Positions 11,350 through 21,881 of a DNA stretch of 64,000 bases are shown one piece after another; the first letter of the stretch is position 1; every line of letters starts with the position of its first letter. The notes beneath the pieces are model-generated. The model was not told the DNA's origin. It worked only from the letters and a program-made list of their open reading frames with translations, and did not search any database. Origin of the DNA: Histomonas meleagridis 2922-C6/04-290x (taxonomy: Eukaryota; Protista; Parabasalia). A program made the position numbers and the translations under genes. The DNA lies in contig JAANOX010000050.1 of the NCBI GenBank assembly GCA_020184695.1, positions 1 to 64,000 of the forward strand, in the 5' to 3' direction.

Positions 11350-11921
11350 AATGGTTAGTAAAACCCCTTTTAGAACATGAATTTATTTGCTGATAATAAT
11401 GGAAATTTTGACATCAAATTTGATGCAGCAGTTATTTGAACGTGATTTACAATAAAATGATTTATTATACCGAATCTCAAACAGCCTTAAAACGGCTATT
11501 TCTGTTTGGAGATATTCGGATCAGAGCATAAAATGCAATTTTAAATGTTTTATAACGTTTCATAAGATTTCAGTCCAGGACAAAAAAAATACTCATTGGA
11601 CATTTTAATTTGTTGCTAATTTTGTAGAACATTAAAATAATAATATAAAAAAATTGTAAAACTTCAAGTTTTTTTGGACAATTTCATTTGGTATTTGTTG
11701 AAATATTTCCGCTTTGAGAGAAGAATTGTTTGAGACATTTGTATGCATACAAGTATTGATTGTGCAGATTTGGTTGAACTTGCTGAATGTCACAATTAGT
11801 AAATAAGTTAAGAACGAATGTAATATCACAAACAGAAAATATTTTAATTTGAATTATTTTTGATTTTTTATTTATTTTTGTAAGCAATTGGCGTAAAGTC
11901 TAATTGCTACACAGGGCCATC

Positions 11922-12794
11922 TCAGGCTGCGCAAGCGTCCTTAATTTTCTGTTGGAGATCATTGAAATACGGATGGCTGAGCGCATCTTTCGCGGTGATT
12001 CTTTTCGATGGATCAATTTGCAGCATTTTTGATATCAGATCTAATATTTGCGCGTCTGCTCCATGTAAAATGTTTGCCAAATCTTGCGGCTTGTCCTTAT
12101 ATCTTGGCAATTGCTTGAACATGAGCATTGTTTCCTCATTAGGAGTTCCGATGATATCAAATATTTTGTGGAGTATTTCAGTGTCGTTATCTCCAATGAA
12201 CAAAGGTTTTCTCAGGATCATTTCGGCAAGAACACAACCTGCGCTCCAAATGTCAACAGAGTTTGCGTACGATGTTGAGCCAAGAAATATTTCTGGTGGA
12301 CGATAATATGCTGTCACTAAATCAGGCGTAGAAGCTTGTGGAGGAGAAAATTTGGCCAACGAGAAGCCGCCGATCTTAAGAAACCCATTTTCATCAAGAA
12401 GAACATTCGAGGGATTTATGTCACGATGAATTACTCCTTTGGAATGAAGATAATTAAGACCTGACAAGAGCTGATACGCATAAGACTTGAGTAGGTTGGG
12501 CTGGATTTGATGAGTCTTTATATAGCTTGCCAAGTCGATGGGGAAAAAGTCAAGAACTAACGCAAACTTTGTATCATCTTGTTCAACATCGTGAAGTTTT
12601 ACAACATTTGGGTGATTCAGCTCCTTTAATATTGATACCTCGCGATTAATTGTTTCTAACTCATTTGGTAAAGTGTACTTTCGTATCTTCAAGGAAACAA
12701 TAGAATCATCACGTAAATCCTTTGCCTTGTAGACAGAGCAATATGTGCCTTGACCAATCAAACAAATTTTTTCATATTTACTTTGTCCAATCAT
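11922..12794 (-). CDS. CDK-like (CMGC) protein kinase with degenerate motifs
   Basis: GQGTYCSV, HPNVVKL, HRDINPSN, YRPPE and DIWSAGC motifs. DFG is replaced by GFS and PSTAIRE by LETINRE. Confidence 0.9.
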   Translation of the reverse strand: MIGQSKYEKICLIGQGTYCSVYKAKDLRDDSIVSLKIRKYTLPNELETINREVSILKELNHPNVVKLHDVEQDDTKFALVLDFFPIDLASYIKTHQIQPNLLKSYAYQLLSGLNYLHSKGVIHRDINPSNVLLDENGFLKIGGFSLAKFSPPQASTPDLVTAYYRPPEIFLGSTSYANSVDIWSAGCVLAEMILRKPLFIGDNDTEILHKIFDIIGTPNEETMLMFKQLPRYKDKPQDLANILHGADAQILDLISKMLQIDPSKRITAKDALSHPYFNDLQQKIKDACAA

Positions 12795-13394
12795 TTGGAA
12801 AAATGATCTTGTTGATCATTTTCGATAACTTTTCTCAATTTTTAAACGTCATTATCAGCTCATAGAAAATCATTTTAAAATTGAGGGACGATTTTGGTTC
12901 CAAGGTTGGGGTGGACCAAAAAACCTTTGAATTGTTTCACAAGTCCCTCAAAGAAAATAATATAAATTTACAATTTAATTAATGTATAAGTAAAAAAAAA
13001 AAATTAGACAATTTACAAGATTTTCAAATCACTTTTAGGTGAAGATCAAATTAATTCTTCACATTCAATTGAGCAAAAAAAAAAGATTTGAAGATCAGAT
13101 CCAAATAAATTTAATGACGAAACTAAAACAATTGAAAATGAATTCATTCGTTCTTCAAATGTTAATGAATATATAAATTCTAATGAATAAATTTGAATAT
13201 AAATGATTTAAACATTGATATAATGTTACCAAAGATGTGAATACTGAAAGCGATTTTAGTGAAGAAACAAAAAATTTAAACAATAAATTTAAGTCTTTTT
13301 CATGAAGAAGGAATTTTGAGCATTGACATTTTTATTTTATCACAAAAATAATGACAATTGCACTTAATTCACTTACTTTGTTTAATCTTACCAG

Positions 13395-14219
13395 ATGAAC
13401 CAAAGAGAAGTTGCACTCTTTTTACTTGATACGAATCCTATTGCATGGAAGAAACTTGAAGCTCAAGGAGAATTATCTTTTTCCATGTGTTTAGACCAAT
13501 TATTTGCATATTTTAATCAAATGATTTTAACAGACATTTTTCAAATAGCTCCAGTTCTTGCATATAATCAAGCTGGCACAGAATGGGTAGCACCAGGTCC
13601 AGAAAGAACAGAAGCACTCATCAGAGGGGAACTTCAAGCCACAAATTCAGATGAAATTTTTCTTTATTGCAAAGAAATTGTCTCAAACATTTCAGGGTTT
13701 GCTAGGCAATGTGCGTTAAATCCACCAGAAGAGAATCATGGTGTCAGATTAGACATTGCATTATCACGAGCACTTTGTCTCCTCAATAAATTCCCTTCTG
13801 AGGTAAAAAAAAGAATCATAGTCATAACCCCATCGTGTGATTCTCAGTCACATTTTGAGTCCACAATCAATGCAATTTTCGCCGCGCATCGAATCGGCGT
13901 TGTGATCGATTCGTTAATCATCAAATCAAAAGAGTCACTATTTCTCAATCAAGCAGCGCTCATCACAAACGGCTTCTCGCTTGCGATTGAGTTCCGCACA
14001 AAACTTTTAACCCAATATCTTCTATCAATTCCACCTCTTCCTGTAAGAAATCTGATAATGCTAAAGAAAGTCCAAAATATAAATTATAAAACACCTGCTG
14101 AAAATACTGGCAATATGATCGACGTGGGTTTAATGTGCCCTGTTTGCCTCTCTGTTTTCGAAAAAACTGAAAATAAGCTGAGAACATGTCCTGTGTGTAA
14201 GTCAAGAAGTCTTGTATAA
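13395..14219 (+). CDS. TFB4: TFIIH subunit p34/Tfb4
   Basis: N-terminal LLDTNPIAW vWA-like start, INAIFAAHRIGVVIDS, LNQAALITNG and a C-terminal CPVC...CPVC zinc finger. Confidence 0.85.
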   Translation: MNQREVALFLLDTNPIAWKKLEAQGELSFSMCLDQLFAYFNQMILTDIFQIAPVLAYNQAGTEWVAPGPERTEALIRGELQATNSDEIFLYCKEIVSNISGFARQCALNPPEENHGVRLDIALSRALCLLNKFPSEVKKRIIVITPSCDSQSHFESTINAIFAAHRIGVVIDSLIIKSKESLFLNQAALITNGFSLAIEFRTKLLTQYLLSIPPLPVRNLIMLKKVQNINYKTPAENTGNMIDVGLMCPVCLSVFEKTENKLRTCPVCKSRSLV

Positions 14220-14689
14220 ACATTTTGAAAATTAATATTTTCAATAAATTATGTGAAATAATGTTTTTGATTTTACTTTTTTCCACATATACAAAAGATC
14301 TGTACTTAAATATGGTAACAAATATAACAGTACAGAATAGGAATGTATATTGAAAGCAAAAGGAGTGATTAACTGGTTAATCAATGATTACGAATTTTTT
14401 CCAATTTCTTTGTATCTCCAAAGACAAAATCACAGCTTCAAGTAAAGTTGATTAAAAAGTGAAGTACTACTGTTTTGTATTTCAAAATTAACTATATCAA
14501 GTTAAAAACTCATAATTTTCATCATTATAATATTTTTTGGGAAGAATTTTATCTTTTTTATATGATCATTTATAGGCCTTGCTTTGAACATTTTAAGTAA
14601 TTATTAAATTTATTTTTTGGGGTTTTTTAGTTTATCTTCTTGGTCTTAACGGTCACATTCAGATCTGAATAAACCATTCAATTCAGACA

Positions 14690-15862
14690 ATGTCGACCGA
14701 CAAACCTCTCCATATTCTCAGGCAATGGATCAAAGATGGAAGGCAAATTGACGAAAGTCAACCAGGTTTCCTCAAAGTTGACAATGTTAGTCTTGATCTT
14801 AATCTCCCCACAGAATACATTTCCAAAAGAGGTAAAGGTGAACCATATACACTTCTACAAGTCTGGTTTTTACTTCAAAATGAAAATATGAAGTATGCAG
14901 ATTTTGTTACTGCCTCCAAACAGCAAGGAATCCAAAACGTTCTCTATCAAGATAAAACATACATTCTTGATTGGCTCAGAGGCAAGTTTGCCAAAGTCGA
15001 TGGTATTATAGACGAAGAACCAGAACCAGAATCTCAGTCTAAACCACCCACCACCCAAGAAGAAACAGCTGCTATTCCTGCTGTTCAAGCACAAGAAACA
15101 CAACATGAAGAGCAACCAGAGCCTGAGCAAAGTCAGATCGAAGTTGCAGTTGAGCAAGAAGTCGACATTATTGACAAAGGGCCAACTGTTGAATTTGATC
15201 GACTTCGACCAATTGATTCCTGCATTCTTTGTAACAAAGACTTTTCCTCCATGATTGAACAGACCAACATTTTTGATCGTGAAGACAAGATAAAGCCACA
15301 ACAACAAATCTCAAATCCGATTTTTAATCCCAGGGACGATTCATGGATTAACCAACAGGGCGCCGTACCTGAAGGAAAGTTTAAGAACTACATAATCCTC
15401 GTAACTCGTAGTACTAAGTCAACCATCAACAACACAAACATTGTCACTTTTCTGACAAAGAACGTTTGGGAACCGCCAAAACTTAATGAGAATCTAACGC
15501 ATCAGCGTTTATCGCATATGCACTCAGTCACGATGCAAAGGTATCAGTACGATATCGTTGCGGATGAAAGCTTGATGAAAGATGACGACTGGAACCGAGT
15601 TGTAGCCGTTTTCTTGTTGGGCAAAAAGTGGCAAATCAAAAACTTTAAGCCAAATGACCAACGACAATTGTTCGAGAAAGTGCTCGGAATTTATGTGGGA
15701 TTCGACGACGCGCCGCTGCCAGAGGATATACAGAAGTGGGTGGTGAAGGACTTTAGGATTAACAAAACAAGAAGAACAAACGACGCACAAGTGGTGCAGA
15801 ATATATGGCACGAAATAGAAGAAGCGACAGAAGCATTGAAGAAAAGAAGGAAAGAAAAATAA
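14690..15862 (+). CDS. CDC73: Paf1 complex subunit Cdc73/parafibromin
   Basis: N-terminal EPYTLLQVWFLLQN...YV-type region and C-terminal IILV..STKSTINNTNIVTFL and WNRVVAVFLLGKKWQIKNF motifs. Confidence 0.9.
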   Translation: MSTDKPLHILRQWIKDGRQIDESQPGFLKVDNVSLDLNLPTEYISKRGKGEPYTLLQVWFLLQNENMKYADFVTASKQQGIQNVLYQDKTYILDWLRGKFAKVDGIIDEEPEPESQSKPPTTQEETAAIPAVQAQETQHEEQPEPEQSQIEVAVEQEVDIIDKGPTVEFDRLRPIDSCILCNKDFSSMIEQTNIFDREDKIKPQQQISNPIFNPRDDSWINQQGAVPEGKFKNYIILVTRSTKSTINNTNIVTFLTKNVWEPPKLNENLTHQRLSHMHSVTMQRYQYDIVADESLMKDDDWNRVVAVFLLGKKWQIKNFKPNDQRQLFEKVLGIYVGFDDAPLPEDIQKWVVKDFRINKTRRTNDAQVVQNIWHEIEEATEALKKRRKEK

Positions 15863-16425
15863 AAATAATTTTTTAATATATAAATTGGTAAATCATTTTT
15901 TGTTTATTTGTTTATGTGTAATTTCTAATCAAATTATATAAAACTTATGCACATTTTGTTGTTTAATAAATTTATTCAATGAACAAAAAATATTAATATA
16001 AATATTCTAGAATTATTAATAAGTTTTAACATAGTTGAATTCATGAACTACTTATGTCTCATTATGCTATTTATTTTATTATTTTTTCACAGACATAAAA
16101 ATGACATAAACTGGTTGTAAAAAATAAGATGATCGGTCTCAATAGAATCACCTTCAAAAAGTGAAACCGATACTACCGATTTTTCACCAGTTTACACCAT
16201 TACCACGAAAGAAATTTTTTTTTTTAAAATGTAGTAAATAAATAGAATTCATTTCAATTTTTGCTCAATGGTGTCGAAATAAAAAAATGAATAACAATAC
16301 AATTTTTCATATTTGAAAACAAATTTTGTATACAGCATTTGTTACATCTGAAAAATTTCGTTCATAATTTGGAATTCGAAAGAAGTCTCACACATATACA
16401 AATAAAATATTTTATTTATTACAAT

Positions 16426-18879
16426 TCATTTCTTGGAAATCGACTTACTTCGCTTCCTTCCGTTCATGTTAATCAGCTCCAGCAACTTTTCGCCTTCGCA
16501 TTTATCGGGCAGCTTGAACGACAGTTTGTACATCGCCTTCGAGCAGCCATTCTCGTTGTTCCCGAACAGAATGATGACTCTGCTGCCGTACGACGACATC
16601 GTGAAGTCCCAAAGCGTCGAAAGTTGCCCCTTTTCTACCATTGGCGTTTCCCATGAAAAGTCGCGTAATGACAATAGAAATGGCGTCGGCTCTTCTTTGC
16701 CGCCGAAAACAAATAAGTAATCGTCGTTAATAAGTGACGTGTTATAGATACAAAGTGGCGATAAAAATGTGGTATCAATCGGTTCAAGAATTTCGTTGGA
16801 ATATAACATAATGTCATTATTGTTGTGGTTTTCGAGATCAACTCCGCCAAGTATTAAAAAGGAGTCATCGTTTTTGGGGATAAATGAATGATGTCGAAGT
16901 GCTTTATATTTGGTTTGTAATGGCATCTTCGTCCATTCGTTTGCCGAAATAACATATTTGTATACTTCAAATTCAGTTTTGCCTCCACTTAAGAGAAAAT
17001 AATCATTAACAAATGTAAGTTGAAGACCTGAACCAGAACCTGGGATGTTGCCTTCTTCGTTGTCAAGATTGATCCACTTTTTTTTGCGGACATCATAGCA
17101 CCAAAAATCAGATAAATCTTGAGTTCCATCATTTCCGCCATAAACATAGACTTTATTTTTTGCAAACCCCATCGCAGAATCTCTTCTTGGACATGGCCAT
17201 ACTTCACCATTCTCAGTTTGTTGTAGGATTTTACATTTGTGATTTGAGATTTTAAGAATCGTTAAGTTGTTGACTAAACGGCCTCTCTCGTCAAAACCTC
17301 CAAATAGCCACAAAAAGTCGTCGCTGATCACCATTGAATGGTTTGACATGGCAAATTTGGAAAGTGTCATTTGAACGGTTATTTTGATGTCGCTTTTTGC
17401 TGAGTTCGAATAAATTGCTGTCTCACGGAATTGTTGTATAAACCCATCACGTGTTTTAATGTCTTGAAATGTAAATGTTTGGCTATAAGATTCAAACATA
17501 CTAATAACAACTGATAAATCAGATGTTATTTGAATATTTGCTTCAGACCATTGTATTACTCTTTTTCTTTCAAGCTTATTTTCAGGAAGCTTTTTAGCAA
17601 CCCAAAACTCATCTGAAAAAATGATTAATGTATATTCACAATTAGTTCCATTTGCTTGATAACATCCAATTAAACTACGTTGAGGCTTAATGATATTCAA
17701 TGGCTCGAATCGTATGTTTAATTGTAGCATTTCTTGAGATTTCTTCACATTATTTGTTGCCCTGTCCACATCAAGCAGTATCGTCTTCAGTTTTTCAATA
17801 GCCTCAATCAAAAATTTGTGATCGGGGTGCACTTTTGGTGTTTTCTTTAAAACCGCTTCGAGTAACATTCGATATCGCATTGTCCTTTGGAATGGTATTG
17901 ATAGTACGCTATCCAAACTTCTTCCACCAGCATAAATAGTCTTAGAAAACTCATCCAAAACGTTTTTATTTTTTGGGTTATTTTGAGATTTTGCAAGTTT
18001 TAATTGTAATGAATCATAAACCGAAATGTAATTTTTGTAAATTTTAAGATATGGAATAAACGCAGAGAAATGCTTCCCTATCATCGTCATGTAATCAAGT
18101 CTCATTTTTTCTAAATCAGAATATATTTCTTCTGTAATTTTGACGACTGGTCGCATTGCAGATAAAAGTGAACTTGACTCAGACTCTGATAAGAGACCAG
18201 ACTTTAAAACTTTGCCGACGTTGAAGTCAAAGCCTTTGATGTCGTTTAGATATGTTTTTTCAGTAAGTTTAAATTCTTTGATTGGATTGACTCGATCATT
18301 AATAGATTTCATTTGGGCAGTGGAATCAAAGCATACGTAAAGACGCTGATAAAAAAGATCTCGAAGAAGCGATTTGTCAGATTGATATTCTTCATCATAT
18401 AATGTCATGACTTTGAAAGAGGTGGGTGGTAAAGAATGGAGCTTATGTAAATGATCAAGAAGAGAATTAAGTTTGATAGTTTGAGGTGCACGAAAACGTA
18501 ATGAATATAATAAATTACCACTATTAGATATTATTGGAATTTTAAAACAACAAGAAGTGAATCTATATATATCTACTACAAGATAGTATGTGATTTTTGA
18601 TTTGATTTCTGAGATTGCTAGACCTTCAAAATCTTCTTGAATTCTAAAAAAGAATAAATATGGACAGAATGAAAAAGGATGTTGAAACTTTTCCAGGCAA
18701 ACCTTGTTGCCAGTATTTGACTTAATAGAAACCATTAAATTGTCAGAAATAAAAAATGTTTTACGAAAATATTCGAGAAATTCACCAGCAGTCATATTTT
18801 TAACTTGAAACGCTGGTATAAAACGAAGTTCTTTATTTGGTTTGTAATAAACTAAAAGAGTTCCATTGAATATCTCCAT
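16426..18879 (-). CDS. RhoGEF (DH-PH) and Kelch-repeat protein
   Basis: DH signature IPFQRTMRYRMLLEAVLKKTPKVHPDH, then a PH-like segment, then Kelch repeats (LWLFGG, PCPRRD, VYVYGG, LFVFGG). Confidence 0.85.
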   Translation of the reverse strand: MEIFNGTLLVYYKPNKELRFIPAFQVKNMTAGEFLEYFRKTFFISDNLMVSIKSNTGNKVCLEKFQHPFSFCPYLFFFRIQEDFEGLAISEIKSKITYYLVVDIYRFTSCCFKIPIISNSGNLLYSLRFRAPQTIKLNSLLDHLHKLHSLPPTSFKVMTLYDEEYQSDKSLLRDLFYQRLYVCFDSTAQMKSINDRVNPIKEFKLTEKTYLNDIKGFDFNVGKVLKSGLLSESESSSLLSAMRPVVKITEEIYSDLEKMRLDYMTMIGKHFSAFIPYLKIYKNYISVYDSLQLKLAKSQNNPKNKNVLDEFSKTIYAGGRSLDSVLSIPFQRTMRYRMLLEAVLKKTPKVHPDHKFLIEAIEKLKTILLDVDRATNNVKKSQEMLQLNIRFEPLNIIKPQRSLIGCYQANGTNCEYTLIIFSDEFWVAKKLPENKLERKRVIQWSEANIQITSDLSVVISMFESYSQTFTFQDIKTRDGFIQQFRETAIYSNSAKSDIKITVQMTLSKFAMSNHSMVISDDFLWLFGGFDERGRLVNNLTILKISNHKCKILQQTENGEVWPCPRRDSAMGFAKNKVYVYGGNDGTQDLSDFWCYDVRKKKWINLDNEEGNIPGSGSGLQLTFVNDYFLLSGGKTEFEVYKYVISANEWTKMPLQTKYKALRHHSFIPKNDDSFLILGGVDLENHNNNDIMLYSNEILEPIDTTFLSPLCIYNTSLINDDYLFVFGGKEEPTPFLLSLRDFSWETPMVEKGQLSTLWDFTMSSYGSRVIILFGNNENGCSKAMYKLSFKLPDKCEGEKLLELINMNGRKRSKSISKK

Positions 18880-19098
18880 TGGAACTCCCCAAAATTCAGC
18901 GCGTTGGATTTGAATTTAAAGGCACCCCAAATAACGGTAAGAAAACATGTGATGTGACGACGCGCAATTTGCATTCAAAAAGTTTCAAGTACGTTATTGT
19001 TGTAAACTGTGTGAAAAGGAATTTGTCGGACAACGAAGTTATTCCGTATAATATTTGTTATCTGCTCAATGATATGTGTTCAACATGTTCATGTAACA

Positions 19099-19968
19099 TT
19101 ACATTGAGAGCATTTGTTCAATTGCGCGTTCCATTGTTTCTGATGAGATTGAGATATTTCTTGCTGATTGAAGATGTTCATATATTTTCTCTTCGTGCGC
19201 AGATGCTTTCGTAATATCATTCAAAAGATTTTGCATTTGTCTTATCGCTTTTTTCTCTGCATCAATTTGCCTTTGAATTTCGTTTTTGCTGTTTGTTATT
19301 TGTGTTGCTTTTGATTCGACTGTTTGTAATTTGTTTAATTGTGATTGCAAATTATCTTCTTTCACTTTTTGTCTCTTGAGTTTAGCCTCAAGAATTGCTA
19401 CCTGTTGCTTATTGTCTATTTGCTTTTGCGATTTCTCGATTCTTGTAAGTCTAGCTGAATTTATTTCGGATTTAATTTTTGTGATTTGCTGCCTTATTTC
19501 TTCAATTTGCTGTGTTATCTGACGAGATTCTTGTTGAGCCTTCTCATTGCTACTTTGGAGTCGCTTGGATTCATTTTGTAATTTTGAAATCACAACTTCA
19601 CATCTAGATTTATTTGCTTCAATTTCAGATATCTGCTCATTAACTGATTTTATCTCTGTTGCAATTTTGTGAAATGCCTCGCGAAGATCTGGAAGCTGGT
19701 CAACTTTAGTTGGTATTGATGGAATGTTTGGAGGTATATCAACTTCAAAAAAATTATCATAAATGGAGTTTTGTTGTTCATTTTGCGATGTGTCGAATTT
19801 TGTTTTTAGTTGTTCTTCACTATCAAGAGTTGAATTCAATAAAGCTTTAACTCGATTTTCGAGTTTTTTATTTCTTTCCATTAATTGCCTTTCACGCTCG
19901 AGAAGCTCTGGAGGAAGAGAAATATCATCATCTGAAAGATCATCTGAAACATTCAAAGAATAAGACAT
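19099..19968 (-). CDS. Coiled-coil hypothetical protein
   Basis: Open frame rich in Q/K/E/I heptads. First ATG is at 19968. Confidence 0.7.
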   Translation of the reverse strand: MSYSLNVSDDLSDDDISLPPELLERERQLMERNKKLENRVKALLNSTLDSEEQLKTKFDTSQNEQQNSIYDNFFEVDIPPNIPSIPTKVDQLPDLREAFHKIATEIKSVNEQISEIEANKSRCEVVISKLQNESKRLQSSNEKAQQESRQITQQIEEIRQQITKIKSEINSARLTRIEKSQKQIDNKQQVAILEAKLKRQKVKEDNLQSQLNKLQTVESKATQITNSKNEIQRQIDAEKKAIRQMQNLLNDITKASAHEEKIYEHLQSARNISISSETMERAIEQMLSM

Positions 19969-20242
19969 TTTTAGGTAATTCGTTAATGGAAAGCGTACGT
20001 TTATTATTATTGTATCAGCAAAAATTAATAAACACAATAAGTAAATAATTAAGCTTATTAAATAAATTTACACACGAAAATAGAATTTAAATTTAGGAAT
20101 ACTTCAATATTTATTAATTAATATATAATTTCTACAAAAATGCTATATTTCGAGAAAAAGAAGAATGCTGCACTCTTCATACAACATCCTACACACAAAG
20201 TTTTAACAATTCTAAATTTAGAAAAAATTAAAATAAAGTTTA

Positions 20243-20722
20243 TTAAAAATCATCATCATACGAATGTTTTGTAGAACAGTCAATGATCATAAGCTCTGAA
20301 GCAAATGGCTCAATGGCCTCCCAAAAAGTATCAACCCATTGGTATATTCCTTGAAATGTTTTAAATTGAATTGGATCAAAAGATGTGTTACTCAAATTTG
20401 CTAAAGCTTTTACTATTTCAGCAAGCTTGCTTATTTGCGGAAAGTTATCTGGTAGCAATTTAACTAAATAATCAAGTGCTTTTTGATTATTCATATATGT
20501 CTGCATTTCTTGAATTGCTTGCTCTCTTGGAGAAATAACATTTGTAGGTTGAATTTCAATGTGCGTTGGTGCAATTGCCTCTTTTTGATTTTTGAATGTT
20601 AATAAAAAATCACGAACTGCTTTAAGTTCGTCATTAATTTGTTTGCTATCTTCTTTGTTTGTTGAAATTATTTCCAATACTCGTGTTATGATCGGGAAAA
20701 ATTGGTGGTTTTGGGGGTCCAT
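20243..20722 (-). CDS. Hypothetical protein
   Basis: 159-aa ATG ORF with normal composition, flanked by AT-rich intergenic DNA. No recognised motif. Confidence 0.65.
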   Translation of the reverse strand: MDPQNHQFFPIITRVLEIISTNKEDSKQINDELKAVRDFLLTFKNQKEAIAPTHIEIQPTNVISPREQAIQEMQTYMNNQKALDYLVKLLPDNFPQISKLAEIVKALANLSNTSFDPIQFKTFQGIYQWVDTFWEAIEPFASELMIIDCSTKHSYDDDF

Positions 20723-20985
20723 TTTTTTTACTTACCGCCAAATTTAAAAGTCACTTTTTTCAATAAAATATTTTGAAGCAAACAATATTTCGAAATAGCT
20801 AATTTGTCACTGTACGACACCTAGAATTAATTTTAAAATAAATGAAATAAAAAAATTCTTGTCAAAAAATGATTCGAATAGATTAATCCATTTCAAAAAG
20901 GGAAATATTCCTAACTCAGCCATAAGAACTTCAACATTGTGATGCTTTAAAAAAAAAAAAATTTAATTTCATTGATGTTTAAGTT

Positions 20986-21363
20986 TTAATGCATTGCAAT
21001 GCATTCAATTTCAACCTTATAGGCCTTTGGAAGTCTTCCTGCTTGGATGCAAGTCCTGCAGGGCTTGTGTTCGCCAAAGAATTCGGAATAAACTTGGTTA
21101 ACACGATCAAAATCATTCATATCAAGAAGATAGACTGTTGTCTTGATAACGTCTTCCTTCTTGAATCCTGCAGCTTCAATAATTGCGTTCATATTTTGGA
21201 GGCATTGGCGAGCTTGATCAACAACATCATCAATAACCCTATCCTTATCATGTGGATCAATTGCAATGCATCCGGATGTGTAGAGAGTGTTTCCGAATAC
21301 ACGTCCTTGAACATATGGGCCAATTGCTCCTGGTGCGTCTGGTGTGTTGATGATTGTGCTCAT
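20986..21363 (-). CDS. ridA: RidA/YjgF/UK114 reactive-intermediate deaminase
   Basis: APGAIGPYVQG, LYTSGCI, VIKTTVYLLDMNDFDRVNQVYSEFF, PCRTCIQAGRLP and KVEIECIA motifs. ATG at 21363. Confidence 0.95.
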   Translation of the reverse strand: MSTIINTPDAPGAIGPYVQGRVFGNTLYTSGCIAIDPHDKDRVIDDVVDQARQCLQNMNAIIEAAGFKKEDVIKTTVYLLDMNDFDRVNQVYSEFFGEHKPCRTCIQAGRLPKAYKVEIECIAMH

Positions 21364-21881
21364 CAAAAAATGGTCAAATTCATTCAAATCTTCATTTCAC
21401 TTCACTTTAAGGTGTTTGTGTGAAACCCCGCCAATTTTTCACAAATCATTCAACTTTTTGAGTCAATCCAGCTCAAAAATTGACATTTTATCGTTTTACA
21501 CTTCACTTATTCATCGTTTAATAAACTTTTCAAAAACCATTCAAATCCCCATGAAACCTTTGCCACATAAAAACAGGAATTTTATGCACTTCTTTATCAA
21601 GACATAAAAATTTATATGTATCAATCCAAAGTTTTTTGAATTAAATGGATTAACATAAGCAACTTTTGATTTAATATTAAATATTTTGCATAATATTTGA
21701 TAAAATAAAACTTTTTTTAAAGATAGAGAGTTATTTAGTATGATAGCAATGGGTGGATGAAAGTGATGATGAAAACTTTTTTGAAATCAGATGTTCAGAA
21801 GAACATAATTCTGTTCTGCAAGATTAAGAACCGCTTTTGTCGATTAAAAATTATTGAAATGAATTTTTTAGCACACAAGAA

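Noticed and set aside
18879-19214. Plus-strand ORF bridging two minus-strand genes
   Set aside because: TTG start, overlaps real genes on the opposite strand, no motifs.
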